From: Lingula anatina
Taxonomy: Eukaryota; Animalia; Brachiopoda
Reading direction: 5' to 3'
NCBI GenBank assembly: GCA_051362555.1
Contig: CM120640.1
Location: 20,088,001 to 20,152,000, forward strand
Length of the DNA stretch: 64,000 bases
Part shown: in pieces, positions 37,533 through 50,900 of the stretch
Position numbering within the stretch: position 1 is the stretch's first letter
Layout of the letters: every line of letters starts with the position of its first letter
Program-made: the position numbers and the translations under genes
The notes under the pieces: model-generated
The model's database searches: none
What the model saw: the letters and a program-made list of their open reading frames with translations, nothing else
What the model was told of the DNA's origin: nothing

Positions 37533-40500
37533 CTACATAAAGTCATCTGAGTCATTGCCACTATCCTGAAAAACAAAAGAAAAATTAAAATAGTACAGTT
37601 ATACCCATTGTTACTCCATGGTATAATATATAAAGTGTTTTACATACTAATGCAAGTTTCCAGTTACCATTGAGATAGATCTTCACAGCTCAAAAGTGTT
37701 TTTAATTTGCCTTTCTTCATTTGATTATTAGATATATTACACACTGCCAAGCAATAATAAAACATGATGACAAATGTGGTAACATAAATAATCTGTGTAA
37801 AATGAAACTTACCTGATTTGAAGTCATATTGCTAGGTGTCATTAAAGAATCATAACTCCTGAAAGTGAATATAAAAGAATGTAATATATATACAGACTGA
37901 TGGTTATATTGTAATTATTGCCGATTGATAAACACAACAATATACAGACAATAAATGGATACACAACTGAAAAAAAAAGAATAAAAGGCAAATTGAATTA
38001 AATGTGCAAATCATTAGCAAACCTACAAAAGACTGCAAATTGTTTTTCTTGCACTGTCACACATTACAATTATGTATAAAAAATTTACTAGTCATCTCAC
38101 ACAATGCAGCATGTATAAAACTTCTCAGAAAACTGAAATTAATGTATGATAAGATATGACCAAGTGAGAAAGAGATGAGCTAATAAGAATAGGCTACCTG
38201 AGTTTTGCTTCCTCCTCTTTCCTTTTTTGCTCTTCTTTTTCTTTCTGTTTTCGTTCCCTTTCTATCTGTTTTTTGTCTTCTCTTTCTCTTCTATCTCTCT
38301 CCTCTCTAAGTGCCCTCAAATCTGGATGTTTTTCTTCTTTTGTTTTATTTAACCTATTTACTATTTCATTTAACTTTTTTTCTACATGAACTGTGACTAC
38401 CTAAAAAGAAAGGGAAAAAACTTACCTAAACTTTTCTAATAACACATGACTACAAAGACTATTCAGTTAAATACTTCTTGGACACAGTGATTTATAATAA
38501 AGACTTGAACTGACTTACTAAGCAACTTGAGGCTCTTGGTTTTTAAGGGTAGTAAACAATTTATAAGTAGCTTTTATCATTCAGTAGTATCCTATTTTAA
38601 TACAAAGTCTTAAACTTTTTTATTCTTAACACTGTTAAAATTTTTAATACAACATTGCTTTTACAGGGCAATTTATTCCCAATATTGTATGTTTTATATA
38701 TTTATTAGCTAAATAAATCTTGATCTTATCTCATCTTAAAATACCAATTTGCCATGCTTTTCAGTTGAGACAAAACAGACACCAGGAACACCCCTTACTA
38801 AGTTCCAATGTTTAATATGTATTAATTTTTTTGTCATACATCATTAGTAAAAGAAAGATGTACTAAACTATTAAAAAACAATAACGTATAATATGATTAA
38901 AAATTGCTTGTCTGAGCATTAGTTTACATTTCTTTAATGTTTCCGTTCTACCTAACACTTTAAATGTTGCATTAAAATCCTGTATTTTGTACATCCTCAC
39001 CTCTTTGTGTTTATGAAAACCAACTTGCCCTACTTCCATTCCCTGGGTTTTCTTTAGGTTGGTTGCCATGGTATATACAACATCGATGTTGTTCATTTTA
39101 CAGCCTGAAATAGCAAAAGATTTTAAAAAATATATATTTTACATAGAAAAAAAAAGAGTATAAGAACAGACAAAAAGGCTGCTGTTGGGAGAAGCATGTG
39201 AACTTGAATCCTCGCCATTTGCTTAAAGTGCCTTTCCCCTTTCACTAATCACTGCTTGTCCCTGCACTTGGATGTGATGTCTTATTCCATTTTTAATTCT
39301 ATTACTAAGCTTTAAATGACTTGCCTGACCTTCATGGCTTTGCTTTCTCGCAAGGCAATGTGGTGCTTTATATCACAGCCCTGTACCATGTGTAATACAG
39401 ACTATGCTAGCTGTCATAGAGGCTGAGGAGTTAAAAGCAATACTAGGTATGCTTTAGATCAACTTTTATTCTAGGGGTTTTATCGCCTTGAAGGTCTAAA
39501 TTGGGAAATATAAGAATTTTTACAGGATATAAATATGACTGTGGGGGATTTTCAAATGTGTGGAGAGTCACTTTCAAATCTGCTTTTTATTAATTTTGAC
39601 TAACTTTGTATCTGTTACCTTGTATACTGTTTGCCTTGACCAGCTGTGCACAGTCTTGTATTACAGCCTGGGGGATGGCATCTATTGTTTCACCTGGCTG
39701 GAGGCGCAGGTAAACATGAGCAGAGGACAACTTGTCAACATGAAACCTAAAATAATAATAATAATACAGAATTCTGTTATGTTGGTCATTAAGACATCCA
39801 GCTTTAAATTTTTATATTGGTACTTTTGTTCACTGGTCTAGTAATTAAGTGTCAATATAAATACACAATATTCAAATTTTATATTATGCTTTTGAGATAT
39901 GAAATTAATCAAATAATACAGAGTATAAATGAAAAAATAAGAGGGCTCCAGTCAGAGTGAGACATCCTTTTTGGAGTTGACATGCAGGTCATGCAGAGTA
40001 CAACGAGTAGCCATAAAACAAGATGAGGAATGATACACCTGAAAAATTGAAGGCTCTTATAACAATGTAGATCAACAGTTAACTGCATGGATGGAGTAAG
40101 CAGCCATTTAAAAAAAGTACAATATGCACAATAGAGTTTAAAAACTTACCATACGTCTTCAGGAAATGACCACTTAATCAGATCTTCATCTACAAATAGA
40201 AAATGATAAAAAAAATTACAGAAAAACAATTTTGATTAACTCATTCATAAACAGCCTAATTTTTATTAATGGTACATATCAAAATATATCAAAACTCATA
40301 GCATTCCAAAATGGGAATAAAACACAATGCCTTTGCCAGTTTTAACTTACTTTCATATTTGTCAACTCCCATGTAAATCGTATGTGCTGGTTGGACAACT
40401 GTAAAAGATGAAAAGTAAGGTTTATCATAACTTAAATTTTAGGAATACTGTAGCCTGGCCAAAAGCTGAAAGTCGTCAAAACTGTAAGGATGTAATTTTA

Positions 40501-40944
40501 CAAATATAATTTTTACAAAATGAACTAACGTTAACATATGTATCAATAATTTATTTTTCAATTATCGATTTGATTTCTCCTCGAGCTGCATATTATGTGG
40601 CCATATCGACCATATCTAGACAATACAAGGCTAAACGTGAAATATTTCTTTGGGTTATAAATCCGTCATCGCATGGCTTTAAGATAAGATATCCAACCGT
40701 TTAACTTTATATAGTAATATAGTTATAATGAGAAGTAACACTGTCGCTGTCAGTGTGATACGATCAATCATATGTTGTCAACATTCACATATCGAGAAAG
40801 GGTTATCATTTTTCATAGTTAAATGGCCTGACGGCCATATCCGTGTGATTCGATGATGTTGTCTATTTTATGATATCTTAAGAAACACAAATAAGATCTA
40901 AACACCAACTTTAACTTACCATCACTTGTAAAATAGAACACCAT
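37533..40944 (-). CDS. CCDC25: Coiled-coil domain-containing protein 25 (NFACT-R family), 8 coding exons
   Basis: Exons 40920-40944, 40351-40398, 40150-40189, 39619-39746, 39001-39104, 38198-38400, 37813-37858, 37533-37565 splice in frame to [53 protein letters not shown]...KANSIQGCKMNN...SDDFM-stop, the CCDC25 signature. Confidence 0.96.
38625..38740. repeat. Dispersed ~110-bp intronic repeat, copy 1 (CCDC25 intron)
   Basis: Aligns by eye with ~53389-53500, sharing AGGGCAATTTATTCCCAAT...TAAATCTT. Confidence 0.75.
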
Positions 40945-41271
40945 CGTGGTTTTTACGCGAACCGTGACTACTTTGTCTCGTTTTCGCTTTCAGGATATAT
41001 GCCTTATTCCTTGAAATATAGCCCTAGTAATATTCTGTAAATAAATCATTATTAATTTTTAAAGAAATATAGTCTAAATAATTGTGGTAGAATTTAGTGT
41101 AACTGTTAATCAATAAGTATATTTTGTGCATTCAAGTTAAATTTATAAAGTTTACTTTCTTCTGTACTAAGTTTTGGAACGTACCAGTAGTGTGACCTTC
41201 ACCTTGCTTACCTTCGCGCCAAATTTGGTGGGAGCTAAACTTGGACGACAGACTCTTCACTTATTTCAAAG
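40945..41271. promoter_or_regulatory. Putative bidirectional CCDC25/ESCO2 promoter with an E2F site and a CHR-like element; probable non-coding first ESCO2 exon
   Basis: TTCGCGCCAAA at 41213-41223 matches the E2F consensus. TTCAAA at 41265-41270 is the reverse of the CHR TTTGAA. A strong donor G|GTGAGT lies at 41271/41272. Confidence 0.6.
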
Positions 41272-41877
41272 GTGAGTTGATACCTTTATATTTGTGATCA
41301 CGAATTTTTCTATTGATTTTGTTGTAAGGATTGTGATCACCATCAGTAAATTGATGAGAAGAGTAAATGTATGGGAAAACCGCAAGATAAATTGAAGGCA
41401 AGTATCTAGGATCTCCCGCGTTAATTAATTTTCAGAGCGCCTACATTATACAGTTCTCTCAGTAAATTGTGTATTATTCTATTATAATTTAAGTATTGTG
41501 ATATATTGTATTTAAAGCAAACGCATATTCAGTATACATTTTTCAGTGTCGAGTACACCTTTGACACAGTGGTAGTTCTCAAGCTTTTCAATTCATAATT
41601 CTTTTTAATACTTTTTTTAGCAATATAGCTGTGTTATGATTAGTTTATTTTGCTTGCACATGGTATAGCTAATAATGATGTTAGAAGATGATGATTTGGA
41701 TTATGATGCAAACAAAATTTGGACAGGAACACATTTTTTTATGATTTGAGGAATGGTATGTGATAACTTCACACATGTTAAATGTTCACATTGTACTTTA
41801 TAGTTTACAATAGCAGAACTTGAGGTTACTGAAGCTGGAAAAGTTCTTATTCAAAGGCATTTGTGATAGCTGCAACC

Positions 41878-44800
41878 ATGATGGCAACAGTTGCTGGAGC
41901 TGAATATAGGTGAGCATTTGTATCACTACTGTACCTTTTTGTATTTAGTCAATCAAATCAAACAAATATTAAATTTTAAGGGAAATCACATTGAGAGAAA
42001 AACTTAACAGTACAGTGGAAGATCAGAAATCTTTTTTTTTTAATCGATCTTCCAATTTTGATATGTTACACAGTGAATGAATAAACCTTGGAAAAATATC
42101 AAAGTGCACTTCTTTTTCTGTATTGATAAATTACATTAACTAATTCTTTATCTTAATTAGTCTTGAAAACAACAACAACAAAAATACATCTATGGATAGA
42201 TAAAAAGATAGAGAGGATACGTAAAATAGATAATAAAATACAGAAAGCACTAGAAGTGAAAAATTACATTTCATTCCAGTTCACCCTACACCAGATCAAG
42301 AAAACGAAAGCTTCTTGACAGTCCAGAGCAGAAACAAAAACCCAAGCGAAAAGGCAAAAAAGAAACTTCTCCCTTATCAGCTTTCTCATTTTATAACACA
42401 CCAAAGTCATCCCCACCTCCAGAGAAGGATTCCAAAAGCCAGCCCATCTCCCCTGACATTGATTCCAATGATAGTGACTCTCGTGACAGTCTGAACCTGG
42501 AGTCTCTTGGAATCAGGGTGAAACCAGTTCAGAAGAAAAGTGGTACCAAACAAAGCAAAAAGATGGTAGAAGAAAATGGCCATAAGGAAGGATCAGACCA
42601 CAATAAATCCAGCCCCGGAATGACAATTTCAGTGAAACCATATTTCCACGCAAACACCAGACTGAATACAGAGGACTGTGCTGAAATGCTTTGTATTATG
42701 GATGGTGATATCACACCAAGGAAAAAGAGACCATGTTTGGATGACGATAAGATTGAAATGTCAAGCCCAGATACAGGGGACTCCATGGAACCACAGGGAT
42801 CAAGCACCCCTCTTATGCCCAGCAGTCCACTGAGTGATGTATCTGAGAATATGTCCAATGATGGAAGTACACCAGGGGGCAGAAAGTTCTTCAAGAGCAG
42901 AGACAGTGATAAGCATGCTGCAAGAAAATTGCTAGCAGCCAGATACCAATTTTCATACAACAAAATACACAAGAGAAATGGTTCTTTGAAGAAGGTTGCC
43001 AAGAAATATGCAAATGGGCGGTCTTGTAAACCACAACAGGTTACTAGCAATGGGAAAAAGACCTCTAGTGTAACCCCTCCAACAGCCCCTGTGAAGATTA
43101 CAAAGCAAATTATTGATGATTTTTCTCAGCTGCAGAATCCCGAAGAGAAGTCACAACAAGTTGTCCCAGATGTCACAGACCAACAGCTAACAGGACAGTT
43201 GTATTCCCAGGATTTATTCTCTGAGGGAAGCCGTAATGGCCTTGGCAAGCAGACGATTAGAGACTCTGGGAATGGTTCTCAAGAATCTTCTGCAGCAGTT
43301 GACAAACTGGAGGGTGGATATGCCCAGACACCTGAGCTGTTCAGTGATCTGGCAAGTACTGTGTCTGAGTCGTCCACATCTGAAGTGGATTCCAATGAGA
43401 CCATTACACCCTTGTCAGAAAGCCCCAAAACTCCTGACAGAAAGACAAAACTGTTCCCTATTTTCACAGCCCAAGCTAACAAGCAAAGCAGGTAAGCTGT
43501 AGTCTTTTGTTTATTTTATTTATTTTGTTCTTTATTTTTATTTTTTTTGCTTTTGTTTATGCGTTAATGTTCTTTTTGAAATTTAAAGTATGCTAAAATA
43601 AATTCACGACATGTTTTGGTAAGCCTGTATGTTAAACTTGACTCCTTGCTAAATTGCCTCATAATGTTGAATTAAAATTCACATTGTTCATGATTTATTT
43701 CATCTTTTTAGTAGTTCCAAAGATATTTAATGACACAGATTCACAATTTATAGCTTATTTATGCATATTATCTGTATTTTTGTCTAGAACTGCCAGTGAC
43801 ACAAATCCCCAAGATATTTCATGATACAGATGCACAATTTATAGCCTATTTATGCATATGCTCTGTATTTTTGCCTAGAACTGGTAACACAAGTTCTCCT
43901 AGAGGGGCCACAACCCCCCTCGGATCCAGGAAATCTTTGTCACCAGGTCCATCTCCTGCTCGCCTGTCTAGAAAGAGGATCACTGACAAGGAGAATAGAG
44001 AACAGCTGATTATAGTTAGTTTGTTCTTTACATAATAGCTGATTGTCTAAATAACAGAGGAAATAAATTACAAATGTCTTAGCACTTAGACTGGACATGT
44101 TTTAAACTTGGGGATCATTTTGGATCCCAAAAAAGACCATGATTGTTTCTAATATTCAAGTTAGTGTAAGTAAATTGGGGCTACGGAAGTGAGTTAAGAT
44201 CCCCCATAAGTTGCAGAAATGAATATCTCTCTTCTAGTGAATCCTTTGCTAGTTTTAGACTTGGGCAAATGTATTGATTGGGAGATAAATGTGTTTATAA
44301 CTTAGATGAGTTGTTTAGTACTTCAGTAAAAGTCACAAGTTTATACCATCACTTAATTGGTAGTTATATTATTTTGAAATTGTAGTACTATTTATAATAA
44401 TCAGCCTCCTGTTTGGAATTATATGAGAAGCAGTGTTTGTAATTTGCCATTTGAGCTGTGTACCTTGGGTTAAGTACTAAGTCAACAAGCATACATCTTT
44501 AAAAATATTTCCCAGTAATGTTTAATTCTCTGGCAAAAATATATATGTGCTTACTGACAAAAGCTAATGGCCAGTAATAAAATAACCCTTTTTGTAACTC
44601 TTTAGGATGCAGGTCAGAAACAGATAGGGGCAATCCAGTGCAAAACATGTGGAATGTTCTACACCCCTTCTGATCCCACGGACAAGACAGCCCACTCCAA
44701 GTTTCACGATAAACTGGAAACTGCTCTCAGTTTTCCTGTAAGTATTGTGGAATAAGCATTTGCAAAAGAAATTTTTAATGTTTAAAGTAACAGTTACTTT

Positions 44801-46652
44801 AATTAAGTACTCTGTTAATGTAATACTTTGATGTATTTATATGCATTTAGAAATTAGTCTGAGTTTACTAAGAAGTAGCAACAACTGTTAGGCTGATAAA
44901 GTCAATAATAGCAATACTTGTTAAAAAATAACTGGTGTAATGAGATTAATATTATTACATATATATTAAGTATGCCTTAAAGAGGTGAACTAATATTTTC
45001 TAGGGCTGGAAAAAGGAACGGATTGTGCAGGGATTTTATGATGGCAGTAGAATTATTGCTGTTGTTGAAGATGACCCCAAGTATGCTTTGAGGAAGGTAA
45101 GAGGTCATCCTAAACAAAAAAGACGTACCTACCTTCACAAATTTTGAAGTGTTTTATACTTAAAAATATAAAAAGCTTGATTTTAGCTGGAAAAGTATAT
45201 TATAATGATGTTTTAATTTATGGATATGCTGACACTAAAAAAAGAAATCTTTTTACATTTTATATTGAGGGCCGATTAAAAGTCTCATTAATGCCTATCT
45301 TTGCTGAAAAAGGTTGATTTCTTATACCTAATCACTGATCAAATCAAGCTACTCAAAGATGATATCATAAACCCATAATCTTCACACAAATTTTATATAC
45401 TTTTCAGTTGGATGAAATCCAGCAGATTGTGGATGACGAATTGGGATTTCAAGAAAACCTGTACAATATACAGAAAAGAAAAGTAAGCATTTAGCTGTAA
45501 ATGTCTTAGTCATATTGAGAATTTGTTTCATAAGGCTCCCGGTTTGTTTTTTCTTTATTCTGCAAAGCTCTCTTATTTAGCTAAAATAAAGTGAATATTT
45601 TTCTTTCAGTTCTGTCAGTTGTGTACCAAAGTTTTGACAAGAAAACTTCAGGAACTGATAATCTGCCACTTTTAAAGCATTTGTTTACACATTGTCTCTT
45701 CATCTCATTTCAGACCTATTTGTACATTTCCTGTGACAAACAGATTGTTGGGTTATGTGTGACAGAGGAGATTTCTCATGTAAGTGACTGCTTCTTCCTA
45801 GCATGCCTTTCATTGCAGTTTTTATAAATTTCAGTGACTTGCTTTTCTTTAATATTCTGAATTTACTGTAGTAAGCTGAGATCCTCGATAAGTGAAGGAT
45901 GCACTATCACTTTACAATCATCTGCTAATTTCCTGAATCAAGAAAGGATTTATAAGTGAAATGTATTTCCATTTTCTACAAGGATCACATTACTGTTATT
46001 TCATTATTTTCTCTCCCAGGGTTACCGTGTTCTCCCAGACAGCCAGACCAGCTCAGAACACTCAGACAGACAGCGCGCCTGGTGCTGCAGCACAGAGAAA
46101 CAGCCAGCTTGTTGTGGTATCAACAGGATCTGGGTGAGCAGGAAACACAGAGGGCAAGGCATTGCCACCAAGCTCATTGACTGCATCAGGTACCTTTTTT
46201 CTTTACAATTTATTATCTACATATCTGATTTTGTTAGAGAAAACTGGTATGGATTAGTGAACTTGTCATCTAGAGATTTTGTTTTACCCACAAATAAGAT
46301 GAGCAAACAACAATTACATGAATTGCACAGTAATGGCTTCCTTATATATTTTTATAATTATTATTACTATTCATTTATTTATGATTCAAAATATAAAAAT
46401 TTCCTTCATTTAAAGACAAATTTCTTCCTTAAAAAATTCATTTTAACAAGAATATTGCAGAAAAAATTACAATGGGTTCATAAACAATCACAAATCTCCT
46501 TTTAATCCATTTATTTTAGGCGCAATTTTACCCTTGGCTATACCCTGAATACAGATGACATTGCTTTCTCTGACCCCACCCCAGATGGGAAGTTATTTGC
46601 TACAAAATATACAGGCACTAAACAGTTCTTGGTTTACAAGTATAACATGTAG
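41878..46652 (+). CDS. ESCO2: Cohesin N-acetyltransferase, ESCO2-like (Eco1 family), 9 coding exons
   Basis: Exons 41878-41909, 42280-43491, 43879-44014, 44606-44737, 45004-45096, 45408-45482, 45714-45779, 46020-46189, 46520-46652. Contains the PIP-like QLIIDAGQK, the zinc finger CKTCGMFY...H...FH, and acetyltransferase motifs GINRIWV...RGQGIAT and [14 protein letters not shown]. The start exon is less certain. Confidence 0.93.
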
Positions 46653-47929
46653 AGGTGGATTGTTTTAACAGTTAAAAAATTAAGTACAAATTTTTACTGC
46701 AGACTTTACCCAAGTGCGTAAAAGGATGGTTTTTCTGATCTAAATTGATTGCTGCATGCTAGAAAATTTTCCTAGTACTGATGTCAGAGTAAATACTATT
46801 GTGAAAATATTAGGTAAGCATGATGGTTTTCAGCTTCAAAAGGAAATGAGTCTTGGCACATTGTAACTTAATGTTTTTGTGTTATATTTACTTTCTAATA
46901 GAACCTGTACCATTTTATCTTTGAAATAAGCCATTTAACAACTTGTCTATATGCACTGTACTGTAGTTTACATTTTCAGTGGTAACTTTTTTTTTATTAA
47001 AATTGCGAGGTATGTTTGAAAATTTAAATACATTTGGTTGAATGTCATTGGGTATTGATATTCTTATCAAGAGATAGAAGTTACCTTTGTCATGGGTTAA
47101 CTAATAGAGACATGCAACAGCGTGCAGTAAGTACATACTGTATACATTACATACATTTTCGCATTATAGATTTCAAATGAATCAGCATAATCCAAACGCC
47201 AAAGACTTGTTAACAAATTTTGAAATAGTACTTTAATCAAGTACTGAAGTGATGTCTTACATCATATACTATATTCTCACATTTTAATTATTTATTTCTT
47301 CAATTTTAATTTAACATTGTAATGCCAGTATTGTGCTAGTTTAGATTGTATAAAAGCAAAATCTGTATGTTGTGCTTTTTATTAATAAAGTGCAGAAAAT
47401 GCAAAAATTTGTTATGTAGTTATGTGTATTTGTTTTGCCAAGCTTTCTGGAAAGATGCACCACTTATTACTATTTTGTTTTTTTAAACAAGTATATCACA
47501 GCAATTTTCCTGAAATGAGAAGAAAAATGCTTCATCTTAAAACTGGAAGTTTGAAATTTGTCTAATTTTATGTCAACTAAATATATCACTTCCTAGGATT
47601 GACTTATTAAGCTTTTCACACAAATACAAATAGTTTTAAAATGGTTTATTTCAAAATTGTTTGAGTAACGCTGATACAAAGATTGGGAATGTGACGTTTT
47701 TCCAATACCTCTAAACCACATGCTTCCCATTCTTCATATTAACTTCTAGAAACTAGAGGATCAGAGAGGCGATACCGCCTCCGAATATTGTACCACCAGC
47801 TGGAGCAAGCACATTTGTATAGACCCCCACATACACAAAATAAGGGACACAGCCACCAGTCTTATGCTTGACAAGCTATAAAAATGCAATCAACAAGAAT
47901 TTTCGCAAAAAATATATATAACTTAAAAT

Positions 47930-50900
47930 GGTACAATCAAAGTTAAGTTCATCGTATGGTAGGTCAAAGGTCAATTTCAAGGTCACAGTAAATTGCCAGT
48001 ATCTGACTTCCTATTCAACTTCAATAGTAACTATGGACCTATCTCTGCCAGGTTTGGAGTTAAAAGAGAAAGAAATTAGCAGAGTTCAGTTCATGATTAT
48101 AAGTAGGTCAAAGGTCAATTTCAAGGTCACACTTAGATTGCTAGTATATGACTTCCTATTCAAGTTCAAAAGTAACTATGGACCTATCTCTGCCAGTTTT
48201 GGAGATATGAGGGACTAAATGTTATAATTTTGGAGTTACCATAATGTGCCATAAATTTCCTACAGAAAAAATTAATTAAAATAAAGAAAAGGTCATTTTG
48301 GTCAAAATTCTTGAAATGGGAGGTGCTCTGAAGTTCCAGATGTTCTAATTTGATGAAATAATGTAATTTTTGACCACAAGTTGTCTGCTTTGCCAAGCCT
48401 TATTCCGGAGTTCAAAATTTATTATCCATTACTGTACTGCACATTTTGCTTTAACCACCAATATGTACTTTTTGATACAGCGTAACTTTGGAGATAAAAG
48501 GGAAGCAAAATTTGCAAAGTTCAGTTCATGGTGAAAAGTAGGTCAAAGGTCAATTTTAGAGTCACATTTAGATTGCCAGTATATGACTTCCTATTCAACT
48601 TCAATAGTAACTATGGACCTATCTCTGCCAGTTTTGGAGATAAAAGGGAAGCAAAATTTCCAAAGTTCAGTTCATGGTGAAAAGTAGGTCAAAGGTCAAT
48701 TTCAAGGTCACAGTAAGGTTGCCAGTATATGACTTCCTATTCAACTTCAATAGTAACTATGGACCTATCTCTGCCAGTTTTGGAGATATAAGGGACTAAG
48801 GCTTCGTTCACATGGAATGTCTATTTTCTAAAAATCTATTTTCTATTCGCGCTATCTTATGATCACAGTCTATGCCCTGAATATCCCGCCGCGTAATTAC
48901 TGGCAGCGCGAGCCAGTTACTTAAAGTAACTTATAGTAACTGGCTCGCGCTGCCAGTAATTATGCCGCGGGATATTCAGGGCACAGACCATGATCACAAC
49001 ACATGCCGCGAATAGAAAATAGAATTTAGAAAATAGACATTGCATGTGAACGAAGCCTAAATGTTATAATTTTGGAGTTCCCATAATGTGCCATAAATTT
49101 CCTACAGAAAAAATTAATTAAAAAAAAAGAAAAGGTCATTTTGGTCAAAATTCTTGAAATGGGAGGTGCTCTGAAGTTCCAGATGTTCAAATTTGATGAA
49201 ATAATGTCATTTTTGACCACAAGTTGCCTGCTTTGCCAAGCCTTACGTTTTATTTTTCCGGAGTTCAAAATTTATTATCCATTACCGTACTGCACATTTT
49301 GCTTTAACCACCAAAATGTACTTTTTGATACAGCGTAACTTTGGAGATAAAAGGGAAGCAAATTTTGCAAAGTTCAGTTCATGGTGAACAGTAGGTCAAA
49401 GGTCAATTTCAAGGTCACAGTAAGATTGCCAGTACATGACTTCCTATTCAACTTCAATAGTAACTATGGACTTATCTCTGCCAGTTTTGGAGATATAAGG
49501 GACTAAATGTTATAATTTTGGAGTTACCATAATGTGCCATAAATTTCCTACGGAAAAAATTAATTAAAATAAAGAAAAGGTCATTTTGGTCAAAACTCTT
49601 GAAATGGGAGGTGCTCTGAAGTTCCAGATGTTCAAATTTGATGAAATAATGTCATTTTTGACCACAGGTTGCCTGCTTTGCCAAGCCTTATGTTTTATTT
49701 TTCCGGAGTTCAAAATTTGTTATCCATTACCGTACTGCACATTTTGCTTTAACCACCAAAATGTACTTTTTGATACAGCGTAACTTTGGAGATAAAAGGG
49801 AAGCAAAATTTGCAAAGTTCAGTTCATGATGAAAAGTAGGTCAAAGGTCAATTTCAAGGTCACATTTAGTATATGACTTCTAATTCAACTTCAATAGTAA
49901 CTATGGACCTATCTCTGCCAGTTTTGGAGAGAAAAGGGAAGCAAAATTTGCAAAGTTCAATTTATGGTGAAAAGTAGGTCAAAGGTCAATTTCAAGGTCA
50001 CAGTAAGATTGCCAGTATATGACTTCCTATTCAACTTCAATAGTACAATCAAAGTTAAGTTCATCGTATGGTAGGTCAAAGGTCAATTTTAAGGTCACAT
50101 TTAGATTGCCAGTATATGACTTCCTATTCAACTTCAATAGTAACTATGGACCTATCTCTGCCAGTTTTGGAGATAAAAGAGAAGCAAAATTTCCAAAGTT
50201 CAGTTCATGGTGAAAAGTAGGTCAAAGGTCAATTTTAAGGTCACATTTAGCTTGCCAGTATATGACTTCATATTCAAGTTCAATAGAAACTATGGACCTA
50301 TCTCTGCCAGTTTTGGAGATAAAAGGGAGGCAAAATTTGCAAAGTTCAGTTCATGGTGAAAAGTAGGTCAAAGGTCAATTTTAAGGTCACATTTAGATTG
50401 CCAGTATATGACTTCCTATTCAACTTCAATAGTAACTATGGACCTATCTCTGCCAGGTTTGGAGTTAAAAGAGAAAGAAATTAGCAGAGTTCAGTTCATG
50501 GTGAAAAGTAGGTCAAAGGTCAATTTTAAGGTCACATTTAGATTGCCAGTATATGACTTCCTATTCAACTTCAATAGTAACTATGGACCTATCTCTGCCA
50601 GTTTTGGAGATAAAAGGGAAGCAAAATTTCCAAAGTTCAGTTCATGGTGAAAAGTAGGTCAAAGGTCAATTTTAAGGTCACATTTAGCTTGCCAGTATAT
50701 GACTTTATATTCAAGTTCAATAGAAACTATGGACCTATCTCTGCCAGTTTTGGAGATAAAAGGGAGGCAAAATTTGCAAAGTTCAGTTCATGGTGAAAAG
50801 TAGGTCAAAGGTCAATTTTAAGGTCACATTTAGATTGCCAGTATATGACTTCCTATTCAACTTCAATAGTAACTATGGATCTATCTCTGCCAGTTTTGGA

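Noticed and set aside
39170-39400. Possible H/ACA snoRNA or miR-2-like seed (TATCACAGCC) in a CCDC25 intron
   Set aside because: No clear H box, weak stems, and the seed match is antisense to the host without a hairpin.
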